Positions 17,238 through 26,696 of a DNA stretch of 58,934 nt are shown here, piece by piece. The DNA is from a virus. Its lineage: Duplodnaviria; Caudoviricetes. The notes under the pieces were generated by a model that did no database searches, was not told where the DNA came from, and worked only from the letters and a program-made list of their open reading frames with translations. Within the stretch, counting starts at the first letter, position 1, and each line of letters begins with the position of its first letter. The stretch lies in the IMG/VR virus record IMGVR_UViG_3300037258_000356, positions 1-58,934 of that record. One strand, given 5' to 3'. Made by a program: the position numbers and the translations under genes.

Positions 17238-18782
17238 TCAGGTGATCTTGATGAGGCCGCCGTACATCTGCTCGATCCGGCCGATCCGCGGAGCCGTCTG
17301 ATCCCAGCCGACCGTCGGTGCGAGGAACACCCACGGGTAGACGACGGCGTTGTCGACGAGCGTGTCGGCCGCAGCCGACAGGTCGGCAGCAGAGACGGCG
17401 AGGTAGCGGGCGCCGATGAGCGTTTCAACGGCGACAGCCTCGTCGGCTACGAGCCGTCCGATGATGAGCGCGGCGAGCGTGATCTCATCGCCCTCGAGGA
17501 GACTGTCGGCAGCGGTGATGAGAATCGTCACCGTGGGGGTAGCTCCGTCGACGCCGTCGAGCTCGTCGACGATTTGGCGGACGTAGTTCGACAAGGATTG
17601 CGTGAGATCGGTGGTCGCGCTGGCGTCGACCGCAGCGATGCTGTAGGCGGATTCCTCGAGAACGGTGTCGCTGATGGCTGCCTGGTCGGCGGCGGCTCGG
17701 GAGACAACGAGAACTTGGCTGAGAAGATCGAGGGTGAGACCGATGTCAGAAATCACGCGCACAGAACCTGAGGTCCACGTGCCCGAGACGGTGTCGACAG
17801 TTGCGGAGGGATCGGTTGCGGCGCGCGCGAGGGCGCGGGTGGTGGCGAGGCTGTCGTTGGCTGCGGCGGCTTCGGTGAGCGTTCGTAGAAGGTGCTCGAG
17901 GCGAGCGGGGCTGTCTGTGAGCGCGGCTGCTTCTGAGATCGCGACGTGGACCGTGGCGGTGCGATGCAGTGCATCCGCCGCCGCGGATGTGTTTGCCACA
18001 GCGCGCCCGATCGTGACGCCGAAGACGGCGCTGTCTGAGAGGGCCACCAGGTCGCCGGCTCCCGGGTAGAGCGCGGGCCCTGGGTAGAGGGTTGGGCCCG
18101 GTAATACCGGTGCGCCGGCGAAGCGCACGAGGCTGATGAGCGGCGCTCCTACGTCTCCGGCGGCAGCCGCGCTAGAGATGATGCGCTGAAGTTTTAGTGT
18201 GCGGATGACGCCGCCGACGGTGACGAGCGCGGCGCCCTGCATGCATGCGCCTTGTGCTGTAGGAAGCGCGCCTTGGCTTGTGAAGCGGGAACCGAAGCCG
18301 CCATCGGTGGTCGTTGCCGTGTCGTTTACGGCCGCGGCGCTCGAGTGTGCCGCGTTTGCCGTGTCGACGCTTTGCGTCGTCTGGGCGACGGCGCGAAGCA
18401 GTCCAGTGAGCTGCGTCGCAGCGCCCGCCGCGGCGGCGGAGTCAGCAGCGGCTATTCCCAGGCTTATCTTCGCGGAGAGGGCCTCGGCGACAGACGCGCC
18501 GTTTGTGATCGGCTTGCCGAGGCTGATTTTGACGGTGGCCGCGTCGGCTAGAGCGGCAGTGTTGGTCGTGGGCTTGCCGAGGCTGATCAGAACCGTCGCG
18601 GCATCGCTTGAGGCCGCTGTGTTTGCGATTACGTCGCCGGTGCTGACCCGGACCGAGGGGCTGTCAGCGATTGCGGCGGCGTCAGCGGCGGTGACGGTGA
18701 TGCTGACGACGGAGCGGATCGCGCCTTGGATACACGTACCCTCGCTCAGCCGCGTCGCACCCTGGGCGGTGAACGCGCTCAT
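17238..18782 (-). CDS. Repetitive Ala/Asp-rich virion fibre-like protein
   Basis: ~21-aa periodic D-x-A-x-x-x-D repeats; LYPGPALYPG motif. Confidence 0.5.
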   Translation of the reverse strand: MSAFTAQGATRLSEGTCIQGAIRSVVSITVTAADAAAIADSPSVRVSTGDVIANTAASSDAATVLISLGKPTTNTAALADAATVKISLGKPITNGASVAEALSAKISLGIAAADSAAAAGAATQLTGLLRAVAQTTQSVDTANAAHSSAAAVNDTATTTDGGFGSRFTSQGALPTAQGACMQGAALVTVGGVIRTLKLQRIISSAAAAGDVGAPLISLVRFAGAPVLPGPTLYPGPALYPGAGDLVALSDSAVFGVTIGRAVANTSAAADALHRTATVHVAISEAAALTDSPARLEHLLRTLTEAAAANDSLATTRALARAATDPSATVDTVSGTWTSGSVRVISDIGLTLDLLSQVLVVSRAAADQAAISDTVLEESAYSIAAVDASATTDLTQSLSNYVRQIVDELDGVDGATPTVTILITAADSLLEGDEITLAALIIGRLVADEAVAVETLIGARYLAVSAADLSAAADTLVDNAVVYPWVFLAPTVGWDQTAPRIGRIEQMYGGLIKIT

Positions 18783-18847
18783 GCGGGTCCTCGGCTCTGT
18801 GGAGGCTGACTAGACAGTTCCGCGGAGAGGGCCGCGGTGAGGCAGCG

Positions 18848-19636
18848 TCAGCGGGTTGCGACGATCCAGCCGCGCAACCCGTCTTGGGACCGCTCGCGTA
18901 GATCGAGGTGGAAGCCGACGTGGGTCAGTTTCTTGGTCAAGTCTTCGAGCCGGGAGTGTTTGGCGATGTCGGCGTGGAAGAGCACGAGCATCTTCTGGAC
19001 CCGGCCGAGTACCTCTGGGGCGGCCGTGATGAGAATCGGAAATTCGGCTCCTTCGCAGTTCATGCGCAGGAAGGTGCACGCAGGGATGTGGTGCTGCTCC
19101 ATGATTGACTCGAGCGACCGCGTCGGCACTGTCTCGCCACGGCCGCGAAGCATGATCGAATGTCCCCAGTTGCCGCGATCGTGAGCGAGGGTGGTGGTGC
19201 CATCACGTTCGGCGAGCGCGCAGTGGATGGTGGTGACGTTGTCGAGTCGGTTCGCGAGGCGATTCAGCTCGAGGTAGTTGAAGGTCTCTTCACTCGCCTC
19301 GATCGCGTAGACATGTGCGACCTTCGCGGCAACCAGCATTGTGAATGTGCCGATGTGCGCGCCGACGTCTATGACGACGTCGGCGGCTGCGGGCTGATAT
19401 TCCGGGAGCCGGGGGAGAAAGATGTCATGATCGAAGCTGTCTGCGAGAACTGCTTCGTCGCTGGTGCCTGCCCGGTAGGCGACGGTCAGACCGGCGGCGT
19501 TTCTGAGCGCGAGACGGTAGTCGACTTCGCCCGGGCGGAATGACCGTCGAGCGTTTTTGGCTGACTCGGAGAGGTCGGTGATCTGCCTGCGTGGCTGCTC
19601 GAAGATTCGACGGGTGAGCATGTGCGCAGCGTACAC
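18848..19636 (-). CDS. FkbM-family SAM-dependent methyltransferase
   Basis: VIDVGAHIGTF...AIEA...LRMNCEGAEF. Confidence 0.85.
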   Translation of the reverse strand: MYAAHMLTRRIFEQPRRQITDLSESAKNARRSFRPGEVDYRLALRNAAGLTVAYRAGTSDEAVLADSFDHDIFLPRLPEYQPAAADVVIDVGAHIGTFTMLVAAKVAHVYAIEASEETFNYLELNRLANRLDNVTTIHCALAERDGTTTLAHDRGNWGHSIMLRGRGETVPTRSLESIMEQHHIPACTFLRMNCEGAEFPILITAAPEVLGRVQKMLVLFHADIAKHSRLEDLTKKLTHVGFHLDLRERSQDGLRGWIVATR

Positions 19637-19703
19637 CTGCAGCGTTGGCCGGGCGCATTTCTTGATGCGCCCAGGCGGTTAGGTTTCTGCCTACAAGGCA
19701 GGC

Positions 19704-20543
19704 CTAACTGAAAGCGAACCAGAACGGCGCGTTCGAGCCGGTCGTCCATGTCGCGGCCGTGGGAAAGGTCGTCTGTGCTCCCTGGATCACCGAGAACTGA
19801 TTGCCCACAGCGGATTTCTGGACATTCCCGTTGGGCTGACCGAATTCGAGGGCCAGCTGTGTCGTGCCCCACGTGCCGTTCGCCCAGGCCGCGAGATAGT
19901 AGCCCCCTGTCGTCGGCACCTGATAGGGCGTCGCGAGAGCGAACGAAAAGATGCCCTGAGCCGTTGTCCAGATAGAGCTGCTATTCAGGTTCGCCGTCTC
20001 GGCGAGCTGAGTCCCCGAAAGGGTGAACAGGCCGAGGCGCATGTCCGATGGCGTCGTGCCACCGCTGACCGCGACAGTGCCGATCGAGACGAAGATGTTG
20101 CTGACGATGTCGCCGGCGTAGAGGCCCATCATTGTCGCGACGACGCGCTGCGTAGCGAGCGCGCCGCTTGATGTTGCGGCCGCGAAGAGGTCGAACGTTT
20201 GGTCGGTGAATCCGAGCGCGGCGTTGCGCACCGCTTGACGGCCGGCAGAAGCAGCACGCAAGCCGGCTGCGGTGAAAACGTGGTAGATGCTCGCGCTGGA
20301 CGAGTGTGTGGCCGCGGTCGACCCCTCGACGCCGCGCACAACGGTCCACGTCGTGCCGGACTGGCCGGCGGTGACGAGCATGATTTCGGAGTCGATCAGG
20401 ATCCGGAAACTGCCGCCGAGCAGATCCCCTGCCGCCGCTGCGTTCGTCGTGATCGACGTCGCGGTCGTCGACGAAATCGACGATGCGAGGGTCGTCACAG
20501 CGGCCGCGACCCCCGGGGTCGGCGAATTGGCGATTACCTCCAT
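19704..20543 (-). CDS. Virion structural/fibre protein
   Basis: TTLASSISST...IDSEIMLVT...TVVRGVEGSTAATH module followed by a beta-rich C-terminal domain. Confidence 0.55.
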   Translation of the reverse strand: MEVIANSPTPGVAAAVTTLASSISSTTATSITTNAAAAGDLLGGSFRILIDSEIMLVTAGQSGTTWTVVRGVEGSTAATHSSSASIYHVFTAAGLRAASAGRQAVRNAALGFTDQTFDLFAAATSSGALATQRVVATMMGLYAGDIVSNIFVSIGTVAVSGGTTPSDMRLGLFTLSGTQLAETANLNSSSIWTTAQGIFSFALATPYQVPTTGGYYLAAWANGTWGTTQLALEFGQPNGNVQKSAVGNQFSVIQGAQTTFPTAATWTTGSNAPFWFAFS

Positions 20544-20566
20544 GTTCACCTCCCCGCTTGGTGCTG

Positions 20567-23371
20567 CTAGTCAGAGAGCTGCAGTAGAACGGCGGCGATC
20601 GGGCCGAGGTCGGCAACGGCGATTCCAAGTGGCATGCCGAGAGGGTCGATGTAGCTCGCGGCGGCCGTGAGCAGCCCCTGGTCGTCGGCGGCAGTCGCGC
20701 CTGTGGCGTAGCGTGCTCGGATCATCGGCGTGCCCGTCATCCCGAGCCACTGTGGCTTGAGGCTCGCAGGAGCGCCGCTCAAGGCGGTCGGGGTGCCCGA
20801 GCATCCGGTGAACGTCGTGGATGTCTTGCCGGTGTACGTGACGGTCGTGCCAGCGATGTAGATCGTTCCCGACGACGGGAATCCGCTCGTGTCAAAGACG
20901 GTCACGGTGCTAGCCCCAGATGTCGCGGCGCCGTTAAGCTGGGTGCCGCTCATGATCGGTGATCCGCCGTTGTATGAGCCGGAGCCCGCGCCGACCGAGA
21001 GGTTCGCGAGCAGGAAGCCCATGGCACCGTTGGTCGGTTGCAGTCGGTCGCGCAGCGCCGCGCTGTAGTAGATCTGGCCGAACGAGCCGCTGATCGGGAC
21101 GGGCATGATCGCTGACGCGTTGGCCTGCTTCCAGCCATCCATGATGCCGCTAAGACCAAAGACGTTGACCCCGGTGACTGCGGCGCCCGAAGACAGCACC
21201 GTGGAGCTCGTGACCTCTGACTGAACGCCGTAGAGGTAGGTGCTGCCGGAGAGGCCGGCGTAGCGGAAGTAGGTGCTTCCCACCTGGCAGACACCGGAGG
21301 ATGGGAAGCTCGAGTTGGACGCGACTTGGGCGACGCGGCCGATCGCTGTGCCTGTGGCATTGGGGGTGGCGGCGACGCTTCCGGCGCCCGAGGACGGGAT
21401 CCCGCCGAACAGGAGGACGCCCATGGTTGCGTCGACCGTCAGTGACGTGTAGCTGATCACCTGGGAGCCGATGCTCAGCAGCCCTGAGTTCGGCATGTCG
21501 CCCATGTTGGCGACAAACGATCGAGCAGCGACGGTACCGGTACCTCCGGTGCATCCCGTGAGGGTTGCGGTCGTCGCGCCGGACGTGCTTGAGACCGTTA
21601 CCGAGATGCCGGTGTAGGTGACGGTCTGCCCTCCCTGAATGACGACCGTTCCGGCTGGCGGAAAGTTCGTCACGTCATCGACCTGAATTGTCGACTGCGG
21701 AAGGGTGACTGCGGTGACGAGCCTGGTGACGCCAGCGGTGGCTTTGATCGTGGTCTGCCCGGTCGTTAATGCTTCGACTGTGCGTGGAGGAATGGCGCCG
21801 CTGCCGAGATCGAGGTTTGCGCCGAGCGTCGAGCTGCCAGCGGCGCTCGGGAGAGACGCGAAGTTCAGGCCACCGATCATGGTGGCTCTTCCCAGGTGGG
21901 CCAGGCCGGCGGTCGTCCTGCCCTTGTACGCGGCGACTGCGACGCCACCGGCAGGCACGGTCGTGAGCGCGACTCCGGCGGGCACGCCGCCCGCGGTGGC
22001 GAATTGCGAGCCAAGGTCAGAGGTGGTTGCCGGGGAGTAGCTGACAGCGTCTCCGGCGGAGATCGCCGTTTGGGCTTTTATCAGCCGGAACTGGGTGGTT
22101 CCGTACGTGGCATTCAGGTAGCGGCCGCCGCTGTTGCGGACTGCTCCGGAGACGCGCGCGAACGGAACGCCCATGGCCTGGCATGCGTTTAGCATCGACG
22201 AGCAGTCACCGAAGTCGGAGTCGTACAGATTGACGCAGTCGATAGCGCAGCCTGACGTGGGGTCAGGCCCGGGGTACTGGCCCCAGAGCATGTCTCCGAA
22301 GACCCTCATGCCCTGGATCGTTCCGCACTGCACGAGCGCGCCCATCGGAACGCATCCGTCGGTGGGATAGGGACCGGCGAACCAGTTGGAGTTCGTGGCG
22401 GGCGAATAGATGTTCCACTGGTAGATCTCGCCAAGTTTGTTGGGGTCATAGACAAAGCCGCGCGCCATACCCTCAAACGAGGGCCCGAACATGCGCCAGT
22501 TGTAGATCAGATACTGCCCGGAGACCGACGATGGGCAGTAGACAACGGGCTGGCCGGAGCCGTGGTGGCATCGGTATGTCGTGACGCCTTGGATCGCGCG
22601 GTTGGTGCCAGTAACCGACGGGAGCAGGAAGTCGCAGAACGCACCCTGAAAGACTGATTCGATGAAGGACAGATCACCGACGGTGATGTAGTTCGTCGGG
22701 AACTCAAAGGAGGCGTAGCCGCCCCAAGTGCACCGGCGGAAGTAGTTGTGGTCGCCGATCGACGCCACGGAGGCGCGGAAGGCGCCTTGGACGTACACGT
22801 TGTCGACGTTGCCGTGATTGAGAAGGATTGCCCACGGCGCGGAAGGCGGAACTGATGTGTAGGTCCACGCAGTTGGCTGCTGAAGTGCCGACTCAAGGAA
22901 GAAGCCGGCCAGTACAGCGTGCCCCCCCCTGCCGTCGCCGGACGACCCGGGGTAGCAGTTGAACACCGCGTCGCCGGCACCGAGGCCGGCGGCCGCGATG
23001 TCGGCAACGATGGTCGTACCTGAGGTCGCGGCGTCTGCCCGGAATTGGCAGTTCAGGGGAACATGTAGCAGCGCGCCGACGGAACCGTAGCTGCCGTTGG
23101 TGCGCACCGAGCGCGTCGCGAGTCTGACGACGCCTCGTGGCGCGACGAGCGTTCCCCCCGTCGTTGAGGACAGCGCGTCGAGCTCGGCCTGGATCTGCGC
23201 GCAGTTATCGGTTGTCCCGTCGGCGACAGCTTGCGAGTTGACGACGGGCCCTTTGAGCGGCTTGAATTGAGCATCGGTGTAGGCGCCCCCGGCGGCGAAC
23301 ATCGCCTCGAGGTTCGCCGCGCTGATGGGGGGATTGGTGTTGTCGTGCCAGCCAAACGTGCCGATCGTCAA
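20567..23371 (-). CDS. Large spike protein: pectate-lyase-like beta-helix plus repeat modules
   Basis: PISAANL N-terminal anchor; ADGTTDNCAQIQAELD...GGTLVAPRG beta-helix start; repeated FPSSG modules. Confidence 0.65.
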   Translation of the reverse strand: MTIGTFGWHDNTNPPISAANLEAMFAAGGAYTDAQFKPLKGPVVNSQAVADGTTDNCAQIQAELDALSSTTGGTLVAPRGVVRLATRSVRTNGSYGSVGALLHVPLNCQFRADAATSGTTIVADIAAAGLGAGDAVFNCYPGSSGDGRGGHAVLAGFFLESALQQPTAWTYTSVPPSAPWAILLNHGNVDNVYVQGAFRASVASIGDHNYFRRCTWGGYASFEFPTNYITVGDLSFIESVFQGAFCDFLLPSVTGTNRAIQGVTTYRCHHGSGQPVVYCPSSVSGQYLIYNWRMFGPSFEGMARGFVYDPNKLGEIYQWNIYSPATNSNWFAGPYPTDGCVPMGALVQCGTIQGMRVFGDMLWGQYPGPDPTSGCAIDCVNLYDSDFGDCSSMLNACQAMGVPFARVSGAVRNSGGRYLNATYGTTQFRLIKAQTAISAGDAVSYSPATTSDLGSQFATAGGVPAGVALTTVPAGGVAVAAYKGRTTAGLAHLGRATMIGGLNFASLPSAAGSSTLGANLDLGSGAIPPRTVEALTTGQTTIKATAGVTRLVTAVTLPQSTIQVDDVTNFPPAGTVVIQGGQTVTYTGISVTVSSTSGATTATLTGCTGGTGTVAARSFVANMGDMPNSGLLSIGSQVISYTSLTVDATMGVLLFGGIPSSGAGSVAATPNATGTAIGRVAQVASNSSFPSSGVCQVGSTYFRYAGLSGSTYLYGVQSEVTSSTVLSSGAAVTGVNVFGLSGIMDGWKQANASAIMPVPISGSFGQIYYSAALRDRLQPTNGAMGFLLANLSVGAGSGSYNGGSPIMSGTQLNGAATSGASTVTVFDTSGFPSSGTIYIAGTTVTYTGKTSTTFTGCSGTPTALSGAPASLKPQWLGMTGTPMIRARYATGATAADDQGLLTAAASYIDPLGMPLGIAVADLGPIAAVLLQLSD

Positions 23372-23408
23372 AGCAGCTCCTCACCACCCCGCGCGCTTAC
23401 CGCTGCTA

Positions 23409-24545
23409 CTAGGTGCCGGTGATCGTGTCGGTGATCTGGACGTTGTCGCCCGGGTTGTTCAGCGTCGCGGTTGACCCGAGCAACGTCTCGAACAGCAGCC
23501 GTCCGCCGGTCTGAGACTGGAACACGCCAACCTTCGCTACCACCACGGGGAGCACGTCGGTGCCGTTGGCGGTGAAGGTGTTGGTCAGCGTGTAGGTGTT
23601 CGTCCCGGTGGTGTGGCCGTAGACCGCCACCGCGCGGACGAGACCTCCTCCAGAGGTCGCGATCTCGCCGGTGAGCGTTGTGTCCGAGCCCCCTGTCGTT
23701 GGCGACCCGGTGTTAGCGGTGAGCGCGACCCACGCGGCCGGCGCCTGCCCTGACGCGATCGAGTACGCAGCCGTGCTCGAGGGCGTCGAGGCGGTCGCTC
23801 CGGAGCGCGAGCCAGGGGTTTCCCAGCGCGCAACGGTCACCGCGGTCGCGGTGTTGCCCGTGATGGTTCCCACGACGGCGCCGGCGTAGATGTCCTTGCC
23901 GACCCACTGGTTTGACGTCCACGACTTTGTCGTGTCGGTGAGCGTGGTTGCGCTCGAGCCGGTCGCGGTTCCCGCGACACCTGTGAGGTCTGCGAGCGCC
24001 TGCGCCCACAGGTCGCGACCCACGGCCTGGATCGCGCCGCCGGCGATCGGCGGCTGACCCTCGGCGTCCGCAGGCCCCTCGCCCTCAGCCGGCGGTGGCT
24101 GCTCGCTGGGCTCGCCGTCTGCGGGCTGCTCGGCCGTCTCGACCGGCATGCCAACGCCCATGAAGAAGTCCAAGTCCTCGTGCGTGAACTCGGGGACATC
24201 GACTCCGTGAAGCGAGCCTAGGTGGTTGGCGACAAGTGATCGTGCGACGTCGTGGTCGCTGTGCACCCACGCCGGGGCCGCGAGGCTGTGCTGTCGTGTG
24301 AACGCGAGGCCGATGTCTTTGACGGCGTCGACGATGCTCGCGCTATGCGGAATCACGAACGTCGTGATCGCCTTGTCAGCCCCGGTCGGCTGCTGCTCGA
24401 GCACGAAATGCGTCTCGCTGCCGTCAGCGGGGTTGATCTCCTTGCTGCCGAGCGGGCCGGCAGCGGCCGCTTCCTCCTCGGAGGCGGCCCGCCGCGTCGA
24501 GCTCGTCGGCGCGGTGTTTCCGATGCGAACGGTGATGTCACTCAT
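23409..24545 (-). CDS. Virion structural protein, head decoration-like
   Basis: Follows the capsid gene; DTTLTGEIA...GLVRA...LLFETL motifs. Confidence 0.5.
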   Translation of the reverse strand: MSDITVRIGNTAPTSSTRRAASEEEAAAAGPLGSKEINPADGSETHFVLEQQPTGADKAITTFVIPHSASIVDAVKDIGLAFTRQHSLAAPAWVHSDHDVARSLVANHLGSLHGVDVPEFTHEDLDFFMGVGMPVETAEQPADGEPSEQPPPAEGEGPADAEGQPPIAGGAIQAVGRDLWAQALADLTGVAGTATGSSATTLTDTTKSWTSNQWVGKDIYAGAVVGTITGNTATAVTVARWETPGSRSGATASTPSSTAAYSIASGQAPAAWVALTANTGSPTTGGSDTTLTGEIATSGGGLVRAVAVYGHTTGTNTYTLTNTFTANGTDVLPVVVAKVGVFQSQTGGRLLFETLLGSTATLNNPGDNVQITDTITGT

Positions 24546-24638
24546 GCGAACGGGTCTCCGTCGTGAAGGGGGCGGCGCGCGCGGCAACCCGGACGCACGG
24601 AGATGGCCCGGGCGCCGCGCACAGGAGCGAGATGCCTG

Positions 24639-25865
24639 CTACTCGGTGGGTGCGACCGTGTTGGACGCGTTGAGCAGCACGCCGAACGGCCAGCGCGAGC
24701 TCTCGTTCGGCTGGTCGTAGGTCACGACGTTCGCGACAGCGAATCCGAAGCGCGCGATGATTTGCAGCGCGACCGCGTTCTGCTGGGCGAGGTTGACAAT
24801 GATGTTTCCGGACGCGTCGGTGAGAACGGCCTCCTGCAGGATGCGGAAGCTGATGTCCTGACGGACGCCGAGCAGCCCCTGCGAGAAATCGCCGGCGATC
24901 GCGAGCGGCTCGTTGTCATTCAGCGTGACGCCGGACGCGGTTGCGGTAGCGTTGTTGTTGATGACGACGGTCGTCGCCGTCGCCTGCGTCGCCCCGCTGT
25001 TGTAGCCGGTGACGACCGACCCTGACGGGATGCCCGAGCCGGTGACCGCAGCGCCGATAGGCGGCGCGGTGCCAGCGGTGACCGACGTGATGTTCGGCGA
25101 GGTGCTGGTGGTGCTGCCGGTGAACGATGCGACGGCGGCGGGCCACAGGCCACGCAGCGGGTACTTGACCGGCTGGCCGTACCACTCGTCGGTCTGGACC
25201 TCGGGGAGTTCCTGGCCGGTCGTCATACGGGCGTTGCGGACGGCAAGTCGCATCGCGACCTTCGCCGCGATCGCGTCGATCTCGAAGCCCTCGCTCTCGA
25301 CCTTGTCGAACAGCAGCGCGATGTCAGCCGCAAGAGACCCGGCTGACTGGGCGGTCGTGCCGGCGATCACGCTGTTGCCGGCCGCCAGCGCCTGCGTGAG
25401 GATCGGCGCCGGGAACGACGCCGGCGAGCCGATGCCGAAGAACACGGCGGCGTCGAGCGCTCGCGCAACGGCCTCGGCCATGAGCGGCGTGACCTGCTCC
25501 CAAATCGGGTACTCCGAATCGTCGAGCAGCGTCCGCGAGATCGGGATGTTCGCCATGATCTCCTCGGCCTGGAGATACCGGCCTTCCCAGTTCGCGGTCG
25601 TCGTCTGCGAGAGCCCGTTGCCGTACGTGCCCGGGGTGATCTCGCCGGTGACGAAATACGCGGTCGGGAGCGCGCTCAGGACCGGGACGCGCTCCTGGTA
25701 GCGGCTCATCGGAATGTGGCGGAAGAACTGCAGCGCCGCCGAGCCGTGCGTGACAGCGGTGATGACCTCTGAGGCCTGCTCGAGCGGGACGAGGTTCTGG
25801 CCGCCGGCGACGGGCGAGCCGGGCCATGACCCGGTGCCGCGCGTGATGGCGTTCGAATACGACAT
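24639..25865 (-). CDS. Major capsid protein, HK97 fold
   Basis: VPVLSALPTAYFV...ALDAAVFFG...GDFS...GVRQDISF...NLAQQNAVAL; AAGGAGG RBS. Confidence 0.92.
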   Translation of the reverse strand: MSYSNAITRGTGSWPGSPVAGGQNLVPLEQASEVITAVTHGSAALQFFRHIPMSRYQERVPVLSALPTAYFVTGEITPGTYGNGLSQTTTANWEGRYLQAEEIMANIPISRTLLDDSEYPIWEQVTPLMAEAVARALDAAVFFGIGSPASFPAPILTQALAAGNSVIAGTTAQSAGSLAADIALLFDKVESEGFEIDAIAAKVAMRLAVRNARMTTGQELPEVQTDEWYGQPVKYPLRGLWPAAVASFTGSTTSTSPNITSVTAGTAPPIGAAVTGSGIPSGSVVTGYNSGATQATATTVVINNNATATASGVTLNDNEPLAIAGDFSQGLLGVRQDISFRILQEAVLTDASGNIIVNLAQQNAVALQIIARFGFAVANVVTYDQPNESSRWPFGVLLNASNTVAPTE

Positions 25866-25919
25866 GCGTTGTCCTCCTTAGAGGGCTGTGATCGGCTCAC
25901 CGCATGTCGCGGGAGCGGT

Positions 25920-26579
25920 TTACGGTTGGGGCTGGGCGCCGACGGCCTGGCGGATAAACGCGTTCATCGGCGACTGCACCTTCGGAGCGCCTTCCGGAGC
26001 GGCGCCGGGCGTTCCGCCTGTGCCGCCGTCGAAGTGCGCGGGCGCGATCCTCATGCTCGCCGAGCCGATGAGGTGCGGCTTCGCCTCGAGGAGACCCTTT
26101 ACGGCGACGTCGGCGCCTTGCACGTTGCCGTCGTCGTCGATCGTGAGCTTCGAAGCGTCGAGGAGGCGAAACACGTCCTCCCCGTCGACGGCGCCTTGCT
26201 TGGCCGCCTCGGCGACGACTGCGGCGCGTCTCAGGCGGTCGTTCGCGGCCTCGAGTGTCTGGTTGGCGCGCTGCTCTGCGTCTGCGGCCTTCTGCTCGGC
26301 CTTCTCGCGGGCGGCACGCTGTTTCTCGGCCTCGGATTGCTGTGATGCCTCGAGCTCGTCGAGCCTCGAGGCCTTCGCTTTGAGTTCGTCAACGTCGCCG
26401 AACTGTGCGCGCTGCCGCGCAAGACGGTCCTCAAGGATCTTGTCGAGCTGAGCTTGGGTGAACGTCTTCTCTGCTGCCCCGCTGCCGGCGGGTGCGGCCG
26501 TTCTGTCGGCGGATCCGGCGGGTGAATCTCCTGCTGCCGTGGTCTGCGCGCCTTCCGGCGCGGCGGGCTCGTCAGCCAT
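25920..26579 (-). CDS. Capsid scaffolding protein
   Basis: KTFTQAQLDKILEDRLAR, coiled coil, C-terminal MNAFIRQ. Confidence 0.85.
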   Translation of the reverse strand: MADEPAAPEGAQTTAAGDSPAGSADRTAAPAGSGAAEKTFTQAQLDKILEDRLARQRAQFGDVDELKAKASRLDELEASQQSEAEKQRAAREKAEQKAADAEQRANQTLEAANDRLRRAAVVAEAAKQGAVDGEDVFRLLDASKLTIDDDGNVQGADVAVKGLLEAKPHLIGSASMRIAPAHFDGGTGGTPGAAPEGAPKVQSPMNAFIRQAVGAQPQP

Positions 26580-26696
26580 GGTGATGCGGCCTCCGTTCGG
26601 AGTGAGTTAGCCAGCCACAGGGGCTGGGGACCCGCGCAACGACGCCACGCGGTCAGGCGCTACCGCCAAGCCATTCCGGCCCGGCTGAAGATGGGG

